From a candidate division WOR-3 bacterium (GTDB taxonomy: Bacteria; Hydrothermota; Hydrothermia; B15-G9; WFZT01): a stretch of 18,278 bases of DNA. The position numbers and the translations under genes are program-made. This document shows positions 1-7,704 of the stretch, piece after piece (the stretch's first letter is position 1; each line of letters opens with the position of its first letter). The stretch is from the NCBI GenBank assembly GCA_027053075.1, contig JALUEE010000018.1:1-18278 (forward strand), in the 5' to 3' direction. The notes beneath the pieces were generated by a model that was not told the DNA's origin, did not search any database, and saw only the letters and a list, made by a program, of their open reading frames with translations.

Positions 1-2
1 CG

Positions 3-212
3 TTTAAAGGTCCATTTTTTAACGAGTTTGTCATCGAGACAAAAATTCCTGCAAGAAAAATCGTGGATCATATGTTAAAATATAACCTGCTTGCGGGAAT
101 TGATCTCTCACAGTTTGACTTCCCGGAAAATTATCTTCTTGTTAGTGTAACGGAGAAGAGGAAACGGGAAGAGCTTGAAGAATACGTAAAAATTTTAAAA
201 GAGGTGATCTAA
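3..212 (+). CDS. gcvPA: Glycine dehydrogenase (decarboxylating) subunit 1, C-terminal fragment (gene starts before the window)
   Basis: Frame 3 reads FKGPFFNEFVIETKIPARKIVDHMLKYNLLAGIDLSQFDFPENYLLVSVTEKRKREELEEYVKILKEVI*. PFFNEFV and LLVSVTEKR match the GcvPA C-terminus as I recall it. TAA at 210-212. Confidence 0.85.
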   Translation, partial: FKGPFFNEFVIETKIPARKIVDHMLKYNLLAGIDLSQFDFPENYLLVSVTEKRKREELEEYVKILKEVI

Positions 213-704
213 TTGCCCTTTCCAATTGAGGATGTTCTGGTAAACAGAAAGGTTGCAAAGGTAACCCTGAGAGGAGTCAGGGATAAGCCCGGGATTGCAG
301 CCATTATTTTTGAAGAACTATCTTCGCGTGGAGTAAACGTGGAGATGATTGTGACCGGTGCATCTGCAAAAGGAAGAACTGACATTGCGTTCCTCGTGCT
401 GGAATCCCAGATTGAAAGGATCAGGGAGATAGAGGAAGAGCTTCTACAGGCTATTGATGCCCGAGATTTAAGTATTGACAGGAAAGTAGCGCTAATCGTT
501 TTTTACGGTGGCTCTGAGATGGCAAAAACTCCTGGCGTTGCAGCAAGAATTTTCAACATTCTTGCTGAGGCAGGAGTAAATATAGAGATGATAAGCACAT
601 CAATAGACAGTCTTTCCCTTGTTGTAAGGGAAAATCGTATAGAAGAGGCAATTTTCGCCATAGGCGAAAATCTTGGAATTGAGCCAAGAGAAGAATATTT
701 TTAG
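213..704 (+). CDS. Stand-alone tandem ACT-domain protein resembling the aspartokinase beta (regulatory) subunit
   Basis: Two LysC-type ACT repeats: VTLRGVRDKPGIAAIIFEELSSRGVNVEMI and MAKTPGVAARIFNILAEAGVNIEMISTS. TTG start with SD GAGGTG at 201-206. No kinase domain. Confidence 0.85.
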   Translation: MPFPIEDVLVNRKVAKVTLRGVRDKPGIAAIIFEELSSRGVNVEMIVTGASAKGRTDIAFLVLESQIERIREIEEELLQAIDARDLSIDRKVALIVFYGGSEMAKTPGVAARIFNILAEAGVNIEMISTSIDSLSLVVRENRIEEAIFAIGENLGIEPREEYF

Positions 705-719
705 AAAAGGAGATTAAAA

Positions 720-1844
720 ATGAGCGTTGAACTTTTACAAGGGAATGAAGCGTGTGCGCTTGCAGCAATAAGAGCGGGAGTGAGATTCTACGGAGGTTAT
801 CCAATCACCCCCTCATCTGAAATAGCAGAGGTAATGTCAAGAGAACTTCCCAAAGTGGGGGGTGTATTTATTCAGATGGAAGACGAGATTGGTAGTCTTG
901 CAGCCTGCATAGGTGCAAGGCTCGCCGGTAAGAAGTCAATGACAGCTACGTCCGGACCTGGCTTTTCACTCATGCAGGAACATCTGGGCTATGCAGCAAT
1001 GGCAGAGGTTCCAGTTGTTATCGTGGATGCAATGAGAGGCGGTCCATCAACCGGTCTTCCTACAAAGACATCACAGGGCGACTTCATGCAGGCACGCTGG
1101 GGTACGCATGGTGACCATCCGGTTATTGCCGTTGTCCCCGAATCTGTCCACGAGGTTTACCACCTGACCATTAAGGCAGTGAACCTTTCAGAGATGTTCA
1201 GGGTTCCTGTTGTACTTCTGATGGACGAGACACTTTCACATTTGAGAGAAAAGGTAGATATTCCTGAGGAAATCGAGGTTTATGAGGCAAAGCCCATAGA
1301 CCTACCTCCTGATAAATTCCTGCCTTTTGCCGATGGCACTGAGAAATTCTCTTCTCTTCCGCCCTATGGAACAGGCTACAGATACCACATCACCGGTCTT
1401 GCGCATGGAGCTGACGGATTCCCGACAAACGACCCCGAGGTTATTGTTAAAAATATGAATAGGTTCCTCAAGAAGTTTGAGGGAGCCGAAGACAAGATTA
1501 CTGACTTCGAAACTGTTAATACTGACGGTGAGCTTGATGTACTCCTCGTTGCAGCCGGTTCAGTTGCAAGACCCTGTAAAGAGGCCCTAAACTGGGCAAG
1601 AGAGCAGGGAATTAAAGTTGGGCTCTTTAGGCCCAGGATAATCTGGCCCTTCCCTGAAAAGCATCTGAAAGAATATGATGGCAAAGTTAAACATGTGATC
1701 GTCGTTGAGCAGAATCAGGGCCAGCTTATCCACGAAGTTGAAAAATTGTTTAAGAAAACACCCGTTCACTCCGTTGTAAGATATGACGGGGAGCTAATTA
1801 CCCCATTTGAAGTAGAGGAAGGCATCAGGAAAGTTGTTTCATAA
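720..1844 (+). CDS. korA: 2-oxoacid:ferredoxin oxidoreductase alpha subunit (KorA/VorA-like)
   Basis: Motifs GNEA, YGGYPITPSSEI, QMEDEIGS, ATSGPGFSLMQE and RGGPSTGLPT; SD AAGGAG upstream. Substrate specificity cannot be read from the sequence. Confidence 0.9.
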   Translation: MSVELLQGNEACALAAIRAGVRFYGGYPITPSSEIAEVMSRELPKVGGVFIQMEDEIGSLAACIGARLAGKKSMTATSGPGFSLMQEHLGYAAMAEVPVVIVDAMRGGPSTGLPTKTSQGDFMQARWGTHGDHPVIAVVPESVHEVYHLTIKAVNLSEMFRVPVVLLMDETLSHLREKVDIPEEIEVYEAKPIDLPPDKFLPFADGTEKFSSLPPYGTGYRYHITGLAHGADGFPTNDPEVIVKNMNRFLKKFEGAEDKITDFETVNTDGELDVLLVAAGSVARPCKEALNWAREQGIKVGLFRPRIIWPFPEKHLKEYDGKVKHVIVVEQNQGQLIHEVEKLFKKTPVHSVVRYDGELITPFEVEEGIRKVVS

Positions 1845-1866
1845 ACAAACTCAAGGGGGATAATTT

Positions 1867-2868
1867 ATGGCAAGAGTTAAGTTCAGGAGGAGTACGGATA
1901 AAAAGTTGTATGCAGCAATACTTGCTGCGGGTGAATCAAAGAGGATGAAGTCGGAAAAGAGTAAGGTGCTCCACAAGCTCTGTGGTAAGCCCTTGCTCTA
2001 CTTTCCGATAGAGGTTGCAAAATCATTAAATCCAGAGGAAATATTTGTGGTGGTTGGCGGCAAAAGTGAAAAAGAGGTGAGAGAGACTTTCAAAGATACC
2101 GGTGTGACCTTTGTTACACAGGAAGAGCCCAATGGAACTGGCGGCGCAGTGATGGAACTTGAGCCATTCTTCGAGGATAAAGAAGCGGATATCTTTATCA
2201 TTCCGGGAGATGCCCCCTTGCTTCGCCGGGAAACAGCTCAGGAACTTGTCAGATTTCACCAGGATCGAGGTGCTATCGCAACGGTCCTGACAGCTGAGGT
2301 GCCAGACCCCACTGGTTATGGTCGCATCATCCGCTCCATCGGTGACCGCATCTTAATGATTGTTGAGGAAGCTGACGCCTTTCCAGAGGAGAAGGCTATA
2401 AGAGAGGTCAATTCGGGAATGTACGTCTTCGATACATACTCTCTCTTTAGATGGCTCAACGAACTACGGCCTAACAATAAACAGGAAGAATTTTATCTCA
2501 CAGATGTAATAGAAATTTTGCAGAGAAGACTTGGCGGCGTTTTCGCCTATAAAGTGCCGGATTATACGGAAATTCTTGGAGTGAACACCCGAAAGCAACT
2601 CGCCGAGGCCAACAGAATTATGAATGACAGGCTCAAAGTGGAGCACATGGAGAAAGGAGTCACATTCATAGACCCAAATACGGTTTACCTCGAGGTTGAC
2701 GTGGAAATTGGTAAGGACACAATTATCTTCCCATTTGTATCCCTTCTCGGGAAAACTGAGATTGGCGAAAAGGCGGAGATTGGCCCCAACGTGACCTTGA
2801 AAGACGTTAGGGTCACCAATGGAAAAGTTGTTAGAGGTAACAATTACTTTGAAAATCAGGTGATCTGA
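1867..2868 (+). CDS. glmU: GlmU-like UDP-GlcNAc pyrophosphorylase, C-terminally short (333 aa)
   Basis: ILAAGESKRMKSEKSKVLH, GTGGA, GDAPLL, PTGYGRIIR, EVNSGMY, EFYLTD and GVNTR motifs, followed by only the first few hexapeptide turns of the beta-helix. Confidence 0.88.
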   Translation: MARVKFRRSTDKKLYAAILAAGESKRMKSEKSKVLHKLCGKPLLYFPIEVAKSLNPEEIFVVVGGKSEKEVRETFKDTGVTFVTQEEPNGTGGAVMELEPFFEDKEADIFIIPGDAPLLRRETAQELVRFHQDRGAIATVLTAEVPDPTGYGRIIRSIGDRILMIVEEADAFPEEKAIREVNSGMYVFDTYSLFRWLNELRPNNKQEEFYLTDVIEILQRRLGGVFAYKVPDYTEILGVNTRKQLAEANRIMNDRLKVEHMEKGVTFIDPNTVYLEVDVEIGKDTIIFPFVSLLGKTEIGEKAEIGPNVTLKDVRVTNGKVVRGNNYFENQVI

Positions 2869-2869
2869 A

Positions 2870-3160
2870 ATGGATGTTGAGAAGGTGGCAAATCTCGCAA
2901 AACTCACGTTCAACTCCGAAGAAGAAAAGGAAAAGACGGCTAAGGAATTTGAAAAAATTTTGGAATTTGTTGGAAAAATAAAGGAATTAAACCTTGAGGG
3001 GGTTGAACCCCTCACCCATCCCAATGAGGGATATCAAAAACTTAGAAAAGATGTGCCAGGTCGGGGGCTCTCCAGGGATGAGGCCCTGAGAGACGCCCCC
3101 GAAGTTTACCAATTCTTTTTCAAAGTACCATCCCCTCTTAAGGGTATTTCCAAAAAGTGA
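2870..3160 (+). CDS. gatC: Asp-tRNA(Asn)/Glu-tRNA(Gln) amidotransferase subunit C
   Basis: 96 aa with VEKVANLAKL, ILEFVGKIKELNLEGVEPLTHP, LRKD and FFKVP, the GatC pattern. Confidence 0.92.
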   Translation: MDVEKVANLAKLTFNSEEEKEKTAKEFEKILEFVGKIKELNLEGVEPLTHPNEGYQKLRKDVPGRGLSRDEALRDAPEVYQFFFKVPSPLKGISKK

Positions 3161-3888
3161 GAGCACTTGTTGTAATACCGACTTACAATGAGAAGGACAA
3201 TATCCGGGAGGTAATTGACGCAACTCTCCGGGTAGACCCTCGTCTGGACATCCTTGTTGTAGATGACAATTCGCAGGACGGTACTCAGGAGATTGTTCGC
3301 GAAATTATGGAAAAAACAGACCGGGTAAATATGATAACGAGACCCGGTAAACTTGGACTTGGCTCGGCATATTTACGAGGTTTTGAGTACGCACTCGAGA
3401 GAGATTACGACTGTGTTATCGAAATGGACGCCGACCTCTCACATCCACCGGAAAAGATTGCTGAATTTCTCAAAGTGATCGAAAATGACGAGGCTGACGT
3501 GGTGGTAGGGTCCCGTTATTCCAACGGAGTAAGCGTTGTAAACTGGCCCATAACCCGACTCCTTCTCTCCTACTTCGCCAATGTTTATGCAAGAATTGTC
3601 ACAGGGGTTCCGGTGTATGACATGACTGCAGGATTCGTCTGTTACAAAAGAGAGGTTCTTCAAAAGATAGACCTTAAACACAATCACTTCCCTGAGGGGT
3701 ATGCCTTTCAGATAGTTATGAAATTTCTTGCTTACTACAGTGGCTTCCGCATCAAGGAAATTCCTATAATTTTCTATGAAAGACGCTCTGGTGTCTCCAA
3801 GATGTCTAAAAAGATCGTGAGAGAAGCGATGTGGGTAGTGCTTAAACTTGGAATTAAAAGAATCTTTGGAAATGTTAGGAAAACATGA
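3157..3888 (+). CDS. Polyprenol monophosphomannose synthase-like GT2 glycosyltransferase (Dpm1/Ppm1 family)
   Basis: VIPTYNE, VDDNSQDGT, KLGLGSAY, MDADLSH, GSRY and ERRSGVSKMS motifs. GTG start overlaps the gatC stop. Confidence 0.88.
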   Translation: MRALVVIPTYNEKDNIREVIDATLRVDPRLDILVVDDNSQDGTQEIVREIMEKTDRVNMITRPGKLGLGSAYLRGFEYALERDYDCVIEMDADLSHPPEKIAEFLKVIENDEADVVVGSRYSNGVSVVNWPITRLLLSYFANVYARIVTGVPVYDMTAGFVCYKREVLQKIDLKHNHFPEGYAFQIVMKFLAYYSGFRIKEIPIIFYERRSGVSKMSKKIVREAMWVVLKLGIKRIFGNVRKT

Positions 3889-4859
3889 AACTCGTTTTAA
3901 CTGGAGTTACTGGATTTGTAGGTAAAAATCTCGTACCCAAACTCTTAGAAGAGGGGCACGAGATACGTGCGCTTGTGAGAAAAACTTCCCGTATTCATAG
4001 ACTTTCCGGGTATAACATTGAGTTCAAAACAGTTGATTTTCTGGACAAAGAAACCCTCAAAGGTGCTTTTGAAGAGGCTGACCTAATTATCCATATTGCG
4101 GGAACAATAGCCGGTCTAACCGCAGATGATTATATGAAGGGTAACTACCTTGTTACGAAAAATCTGGTCGACGAGTACATTCGAGAAAATTTAGATGTTC
4201 AGTTTATCTACATTTCCTCACAGGCAGCAGCCGGACCTTCTCGTGTAGGTATGCCCAAAAAAGAATCAGATCCATCAGAGCCCGTTTCAATTTACGGGAG
4301 ATCCAAGCTTTATGCGGAAAATTACATCCGTGCCCATGCGGAGCAAATAAAATTTACAATCTTGAGACCACCTGCAATCTATGGAAGGGAGGACAAAGCC
4401 TTTCTCTTTTACCTCAGGGCCATCAAGCAGCACTATTTCCCCCATATAGGTAAGCTTCAGGAGCTTTCCATTGTTCACGTCGATGATGTGGTACAGGCTA
4501 TAATGCTTTTAATGGGTAACGAGAAGGCAATAGGAGAGACTTATTTCCTGTCAGATGGAGAAATTTATCACATTAATGAGCTCATTAATATGCTAAAATC
4601 TGCCATTTCAGTGGAGAAAGTTTATGTTCTCCACATCCCCACGTGGCTTGCCATGATTTATGCGTTTATCAATGAAAAAATTGCACTCCTGAGGGGTAAA
4701 CTCTCTATGGTTAATCGAGACAAAATCCGTGAACTCTCGCAGGAGGCCTGGACAGTGGATATTTCAAAAATAAAATCCTTAGGCTACAAACCCACAAGAT
4801 TTTTCAAAGAGGGTATCAAAGAAACAGTCAGCTGGTATCAGGAGAAAGGGTGGATTTAA
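3885..4859 (+). CDS. NAD-dependent epimerase/dehydratase (extended SDR)
   Basis: Rossmann TGVTGFVG, ISSQAA, catalytic YGRSK, LRPPAIYG and VHVDDV motifs. Confidence 0.88.
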   Translation: MKLVLTGVTGFVGKNLVPKLLEEGHEIRALVRKTSRIHRLSGYNIEFKTVDFLDKETLKGAFEEADLIIHIAGTIAGLTADDYMKGNYLVTKNLVDEYIRENLDVQFIYISSQAAAGPSRVGMPKKESDPSEPVSIYGRSKLYAENYIRAHAEQIKFTILRPPAIYGREDKAFLFYLRAIKQHYFPHIGKLQELSIVHVDDVVQAIMLLMGNEKAIGETYFLSDGEIYHINELINMLKSAISVEKVYVLHIPTWLAMIYAFINEKIALLRGKLSMVNRDKIRELSQEAWTVDISKIKSLGYKPTRFFKEGIKETVSWYQEKGWI

Positions 4860-5006
4860 ACTTCAAGAGACATCCAATCCTGTAAGGCTTTAACTGACGT
4901 AAGCCCGTTCGAAAATTCCAACCCACAGGATTGGTGTTTGCGTAACAGGTGCATGTTAGTTTTTTCTTCACATCGTCTAACCCGTGGAAGATATACAAAA
5001 CGACAT

Positions 5007-5053
5007 CCCTCCCCCACTTGCGCAGCAGTTGGGGGAGGGCGATGGGAGGGGGC
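5007..5053. repeat. REP-like palindrome copy 1
   Basis: CCCTCCCCCA (5007-5016) pairs perfectly with TGGGGGAGGG (5030-5039), followed by the tail CGATGGGAGGGGGC. Confidence 0.75.
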
Positions 5054-5137
5054 TTTCCGATCGAAATCTTTAAATATCAAGTACCACGACCTATCCCTGC
5101 AAGGCAAAGATGGATTTTTGATAAAAATTCTTAATGT

Positions 5138-5187
5138 GCCCCCTCTCCTTTCATCCTCCCCCGCAAACAAATTTATGCGGGGGAGGA
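5138..5187. repeat. REP-like palindrome copy 2 (inverted relative to copy 1)
   Basis: Leader GCCCCCTCTCC, then a perfect 12-bp stem TCCTCCCCCGCA (5154-5165) / TGCGGGGGAGGA (5176-5187). Confidence 0.75.
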
Positions 5188-5270
5188 AATTTTTTAAGCG
5201 AAACTTTCGGTATATCTTAAAACTTATTGTTCTATAATTCATATTATTCAAATATAGGCTCAACTGCTAT

Positions 5271-5389
5271 GAGCCTGTTCAAAAATTCTCAAAACCTTTA
5301 ATTTTTAATGAAAAATTTGCCCTCTCCTAACCTCCCCCACGCACGAAGTGCGTGGGGGAGGTTAGGAGGGGGAATCTTCGAATAAACTC
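5271..5389. mobile_element. Putative non-autonomous MITE-like unit 2 (119 bp)
   Basis: Imperfect 18-bp terminal inverted repeats GAGCCTGTTCAAAAATTC (5271-5288) / GAATCTTCGAATAAACTC (5372-5389), 13/18 with all mismatches transitions. Flanked by AACTGCTAT and AACTGACAT (5390-5398). Confidence 0.45.
5320..5372. repeat. REP-like palindrome copy 3, perfect 21-bp hairpin with GAA triloop
   Basis: CTCCTAACCTCCCCCACGCAC (5324-5344) - GAA - GTGCGTGGGGGAGGTTAGGAG (5348-5368), extendable by flanking C/G runs. Confidence 0.85.
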
Positions 5390-5397
5390 AACTGACA

Positions 5398-5426
5398 TTG
5401 AAATTATTATCTGAGGCATTTAATAT
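5398..5426 (+). promoter_or_regulatory. Possible sigma70-type promoter for the DUF2905-lptF-era operon
   Basis: TTGAAA (5398-5403), 17-nt spacer, TAATAT (5421-5426) in AT-rich DNA, 8 nt before ATG 5435. Confidence 0.35.
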
Positions 5427-5434
5427 ATTTCACC

Positions 5435-5659
5435 ATGAATATCGGAAAATTCCTTATATATACTGGTCTGTTTCTGGTTCTCGTCGGATTGTTTTTTATT
5501 CTGTTTGAGAAATTCCTGCATTTTGGAAGACTCCCCGGTGATATTGTTTATGAAAAGGATAACTTTAAGGTCTATTTCCCCCTCGGCACCTCAATCTTAA
5601 TATCCATAATCCTCACCCTTCTCCTGAATCTCATCGTGATTTTCTTTTCTAAAAAATGA
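5435..5659 (+). CDS. DUF2905 family small membrane protein
   Basis: 74 aa; two hydrophobic helices around the signature GRLPGDIVYEKDNFKVYFPLGTSILISIILTLL. Confidence 0.88.
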   Translation: MNIGKFLIYTGLFLVLVGLFFILFEKFLHFGRLPGDIVYEKDNFKVYFPLGTSILISIILTLLLNLIVIFFSKK

Positions 5660-6795
5660 AAAAACTTGACGATTATATCGTTAAAGAACACCTACTGCCT
5701 TTTTTAGGTGGATTGAGTGTTTTAACCCTGATTATGATTTTAGACCGGGTTTTTGACCTCCTTGACCTGTTTCTCAGAAAGGGCATCAAATTTCTAATTG
5801 TCCTCAAAGTATTCATCCTTTCCCTTCCCTTCATCCTTGCCCTTACGGTTCCCATGGCCGCATTAATCGCTACACTCATGGCATTTGGGAGACTTTCTCA
5901 GGATTTCGAAGTCATGGCGATGAAATCATTTGGAATTTCCCTCAAACGCATGCTCTTTGGCCCCCTTGTTTTTGGTTTTTTAATATTTGTCGTCATGTCC
6001 ATTTTTGATAACACTGTTTTACCTGATGCAAACCACAAACTCAAGAATTTATTGATAGACATACATGAAAAGAAACCCGTGGCGCAGATCAAAGAAGGAG
6101 TTTTCACAAATATAGACAACTACTTGATTTACGTCAGGAGTAAAAACGAGAGAACCTCAGAGGTGAAGGATGTTATGATTCAGCAGGTATTGCCTGATGG
6201 AAGAGTGAGAACAATCTTTGCCGATGCAGGCAAACTTGTGAGTACACCCGAAAAAATAGTTTTTTACCTCAAAAACGGCGAAATCCACGAGACAGAGGGA
6301 CCGAGGGAGGAGCAGTATCGCATAGTCAAATTCATGAAACAGGTCATCACAATCCCTGTAAATTTCAAACTTATCATGCATCAGAGGCAGTATCGGGGAG
6401 CCCGCGAGATGTCTGCTTCGATGCTCTACAATCGCATAGAGAGATTAAAGAGGGAGATTAAGAGATTTGGCAATACCGACAGGGGGAAGGTTAAGTACAT
6501 GAGAAAGAGAATCTCACAGCTCTGGGTAGAGATTCACAAAAAATTTTCCATTCCCTTTGCGGCAATTGCCTTTATTCTCATGGGCGCACCTATCGCTGTG
6601 ATGACTAAAAAGAGCGGATTCAGCACAGCATTTGGCATTTCCTTCCTGCTTTTCATGTTTTACTACATTTTCCTGGTCGGGGGAGAGGAACTCGCTGACA
6701 GGGCAATTATTCCACCGCTCGTTGCCATGTGGTTCCCTAATATACTATTCATCGGGATTGGTTTATATTTACTTAAAAGAGAGGAGAAAGTGTGA
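5656..6795 (+). CDS. lptF: LptF/LptG family LPS export ABC transporter permease (LptF-like)
   Basis: LDDYI N-terminus, FGRLSQDFEVMAMKSFGIS, a periplasmic beta-rich region, VEIHKKFSIPFA and AMWFPNILF; 3+3 transmembrane layout. LptF versus LptG is not certain. Confidence 0.85.
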   Translation: MKKLDDYIVKEHLLPFLGGLSVLTLIMILDRVFDLLDLFLRKGIKFLIVLKVFILSLPFILALTVPMAALIATLMAFGRLSQDFEVMAMKSFGISLKRMLFGPLVFGFLIFVVMSIFDNTVLPDANHKLKNLLIDIHEKKPVAQIKEGVFTNIDNYLIYVRSKNERTSEVKDVMIQQVLPDGRVRTIFADAGKLVSTPEKIVFYLKNGEIHETEGPREEQYRIVKFMKQVITIPVNFKLIMHQRQYRGAREMSASMLYNRIERLKREIKRFGNTDRGKVKYMRKRISQLWVEIHKKFSIPFAAIAFILMGAPIAVMTKKSGFSTAFGISFLLFMFYYIFLVGGEELADRAIIPPLVAMWFPNILFIGIGLYLLKREEKV

Positions 6796-7691
6796 TGGAA
6801 AATTTCAAGTCAGGTTATGTGGGAATAGTTGGAAGACCAAATGTTGGCAAATCAACTCTTATTAACAATTTTCTACGGTTTAAGCTGTCCGCTATTTCAC
6901 CAAAGCCGCAGACAACGAGGCACAAGATTATTGGAATACTCACGGGAGATAATTACCAGGTCATATTTCTGGACACACCGGGAATACTTGAGCGAGCCAA
7001 GTACGAACTCCATAAACTAATGGTAAAAAGGGCATTTGAGGCTATTGAAGAAGCAGACCTCGTTCTACATATCACAGAGCCCTTCCTGCCCCCACACGAA
7101 ATAGATTTGAGGATCATTGAAGAAATTAAAAAGCGTGGGAAGAAATCCATTCTTGCCATAAACAAAATTGACACCATCAGGCGAGATGAGGTTCTGCCTG
7201 TGATTGACCACTATTCGAAGCTCCACGATTACCTCGAAATCGTTCCCATAAGCGCGCTAAAACTCATAAACACAGATGAATTGCTCGACCTTATCATCAA
7301 ATACATACCTGAGGGAGAGCCCTTCTATCCACCGGACATTGTCACCGACAAGCCGGAGAGATTTTTCGTCTCAGAGTTGATAAGGGAAAAGGTCTTTTAC
7401 CTTTATGGAGAGGAAATCCCTTACTCCACTGCGGTGCTTGTTGAGGAATTCATTGAAAATAGTCCACAGCATGGCGGCAAGGATTACATCAGGGCAATCA
7501 TATATGTGGAGCGTGACACCCAGAAGGCAATAATACTCGGTAAGGGTGGCAGGGCAATTAAAAAGTTGGGAACCATAGCAAGAAAAGAGATCGAGGCTCT
7601 CCTGGGGCGTCCCGTTTATCTTGAGCTCTGGGTGAAGGTAAAGCCAAAGTGGAGAAAGGACTTAAGGATTCTAAGTGAGTTAGGATATTGA
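6795..7691 (+). CDS. era: GTPase Era
   Basis: GRPNVGKST, PQTTR, DTPG, NKID, ISA and the KH domain (EEIPYS, IILGKGG, YLELWVKV). ATG 6795 lies 8 nt after SD GAGGAG; GTG 6792 is the alternative start. Confidence 0.96.
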   Translation: MENFKSGYVGIVGRPNVGKSTLINNFLRFKLSAISPKPQTTRHKIIGILTGDNYQVIFLDTPGILERAKYELHKLMVKRAFEAIEEADLVLHITEPFLPPHEIDLRIIEEIKKRGKKSILAINKIDTIRRDEVLPVIDHYSKLHDYLEIVPISALKLINTDELLDLIIKYIPEGEPFYPPDIVTDKPERFFVSELIREKVFYLYGEEIPYSTAVLVEEFIENSPQHGGKDYIRAIIYVERDTQKAIILGKGGRAIKKLGTIARKEIEALLGRPVYLELWVKVKPKWRKDLRILSELGY

Positions 7692-7704
7692 TGGAGGAAG
7701 AGGT

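Larger units (their letters stand above)
4901..5261. mobile_element. Putative non-autonomous MITE-like unit 1 (degenerate), containing an inverted pair of REP-like hairpins
   Basis: Left end AAGCCCGTTCGAAAATTC matches unit 2's left end at 15/18. The right end ...TTCAAATATAGGCTC is a weaker inverted copy. Flanked by AACTGACGT (4892-4900) and AACTGCTAT (5262-5270). Confidence 0.4.

Noticed and set aside
3..704. Stop read-through fusion of GcvPA and the ACT protein (same frame, TAA-TTG)
   Set aside because: The stop is TAA, GcvPA ends at its expected C-terminus, and the TTG has its own SD.
4820..5000. 6S RNA on the minus strand (branched apical stem followed by CTTGAA)
   Set aside because: I could not build a convincing closing stem or central bubble, and it would overlap the epimerase 3' end. 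An Rfam scan would settle it.
4856..5263. ORFs in the intergenic region (4856-5263 minus; 4938-5237 and 4949-5134 plus)
   Set aside because: No recognisable domain; their P/G-rich stretches are translations of the palindromes, and no transposase motif is present.
4892..5398. CRISPR array or integron attC array interpretation of the repeats
   Set aside because: Units are 361 and 119 bp with degenerate repeats, I see no attC-like end organisation, and there is no cas or integrase gene in the window.
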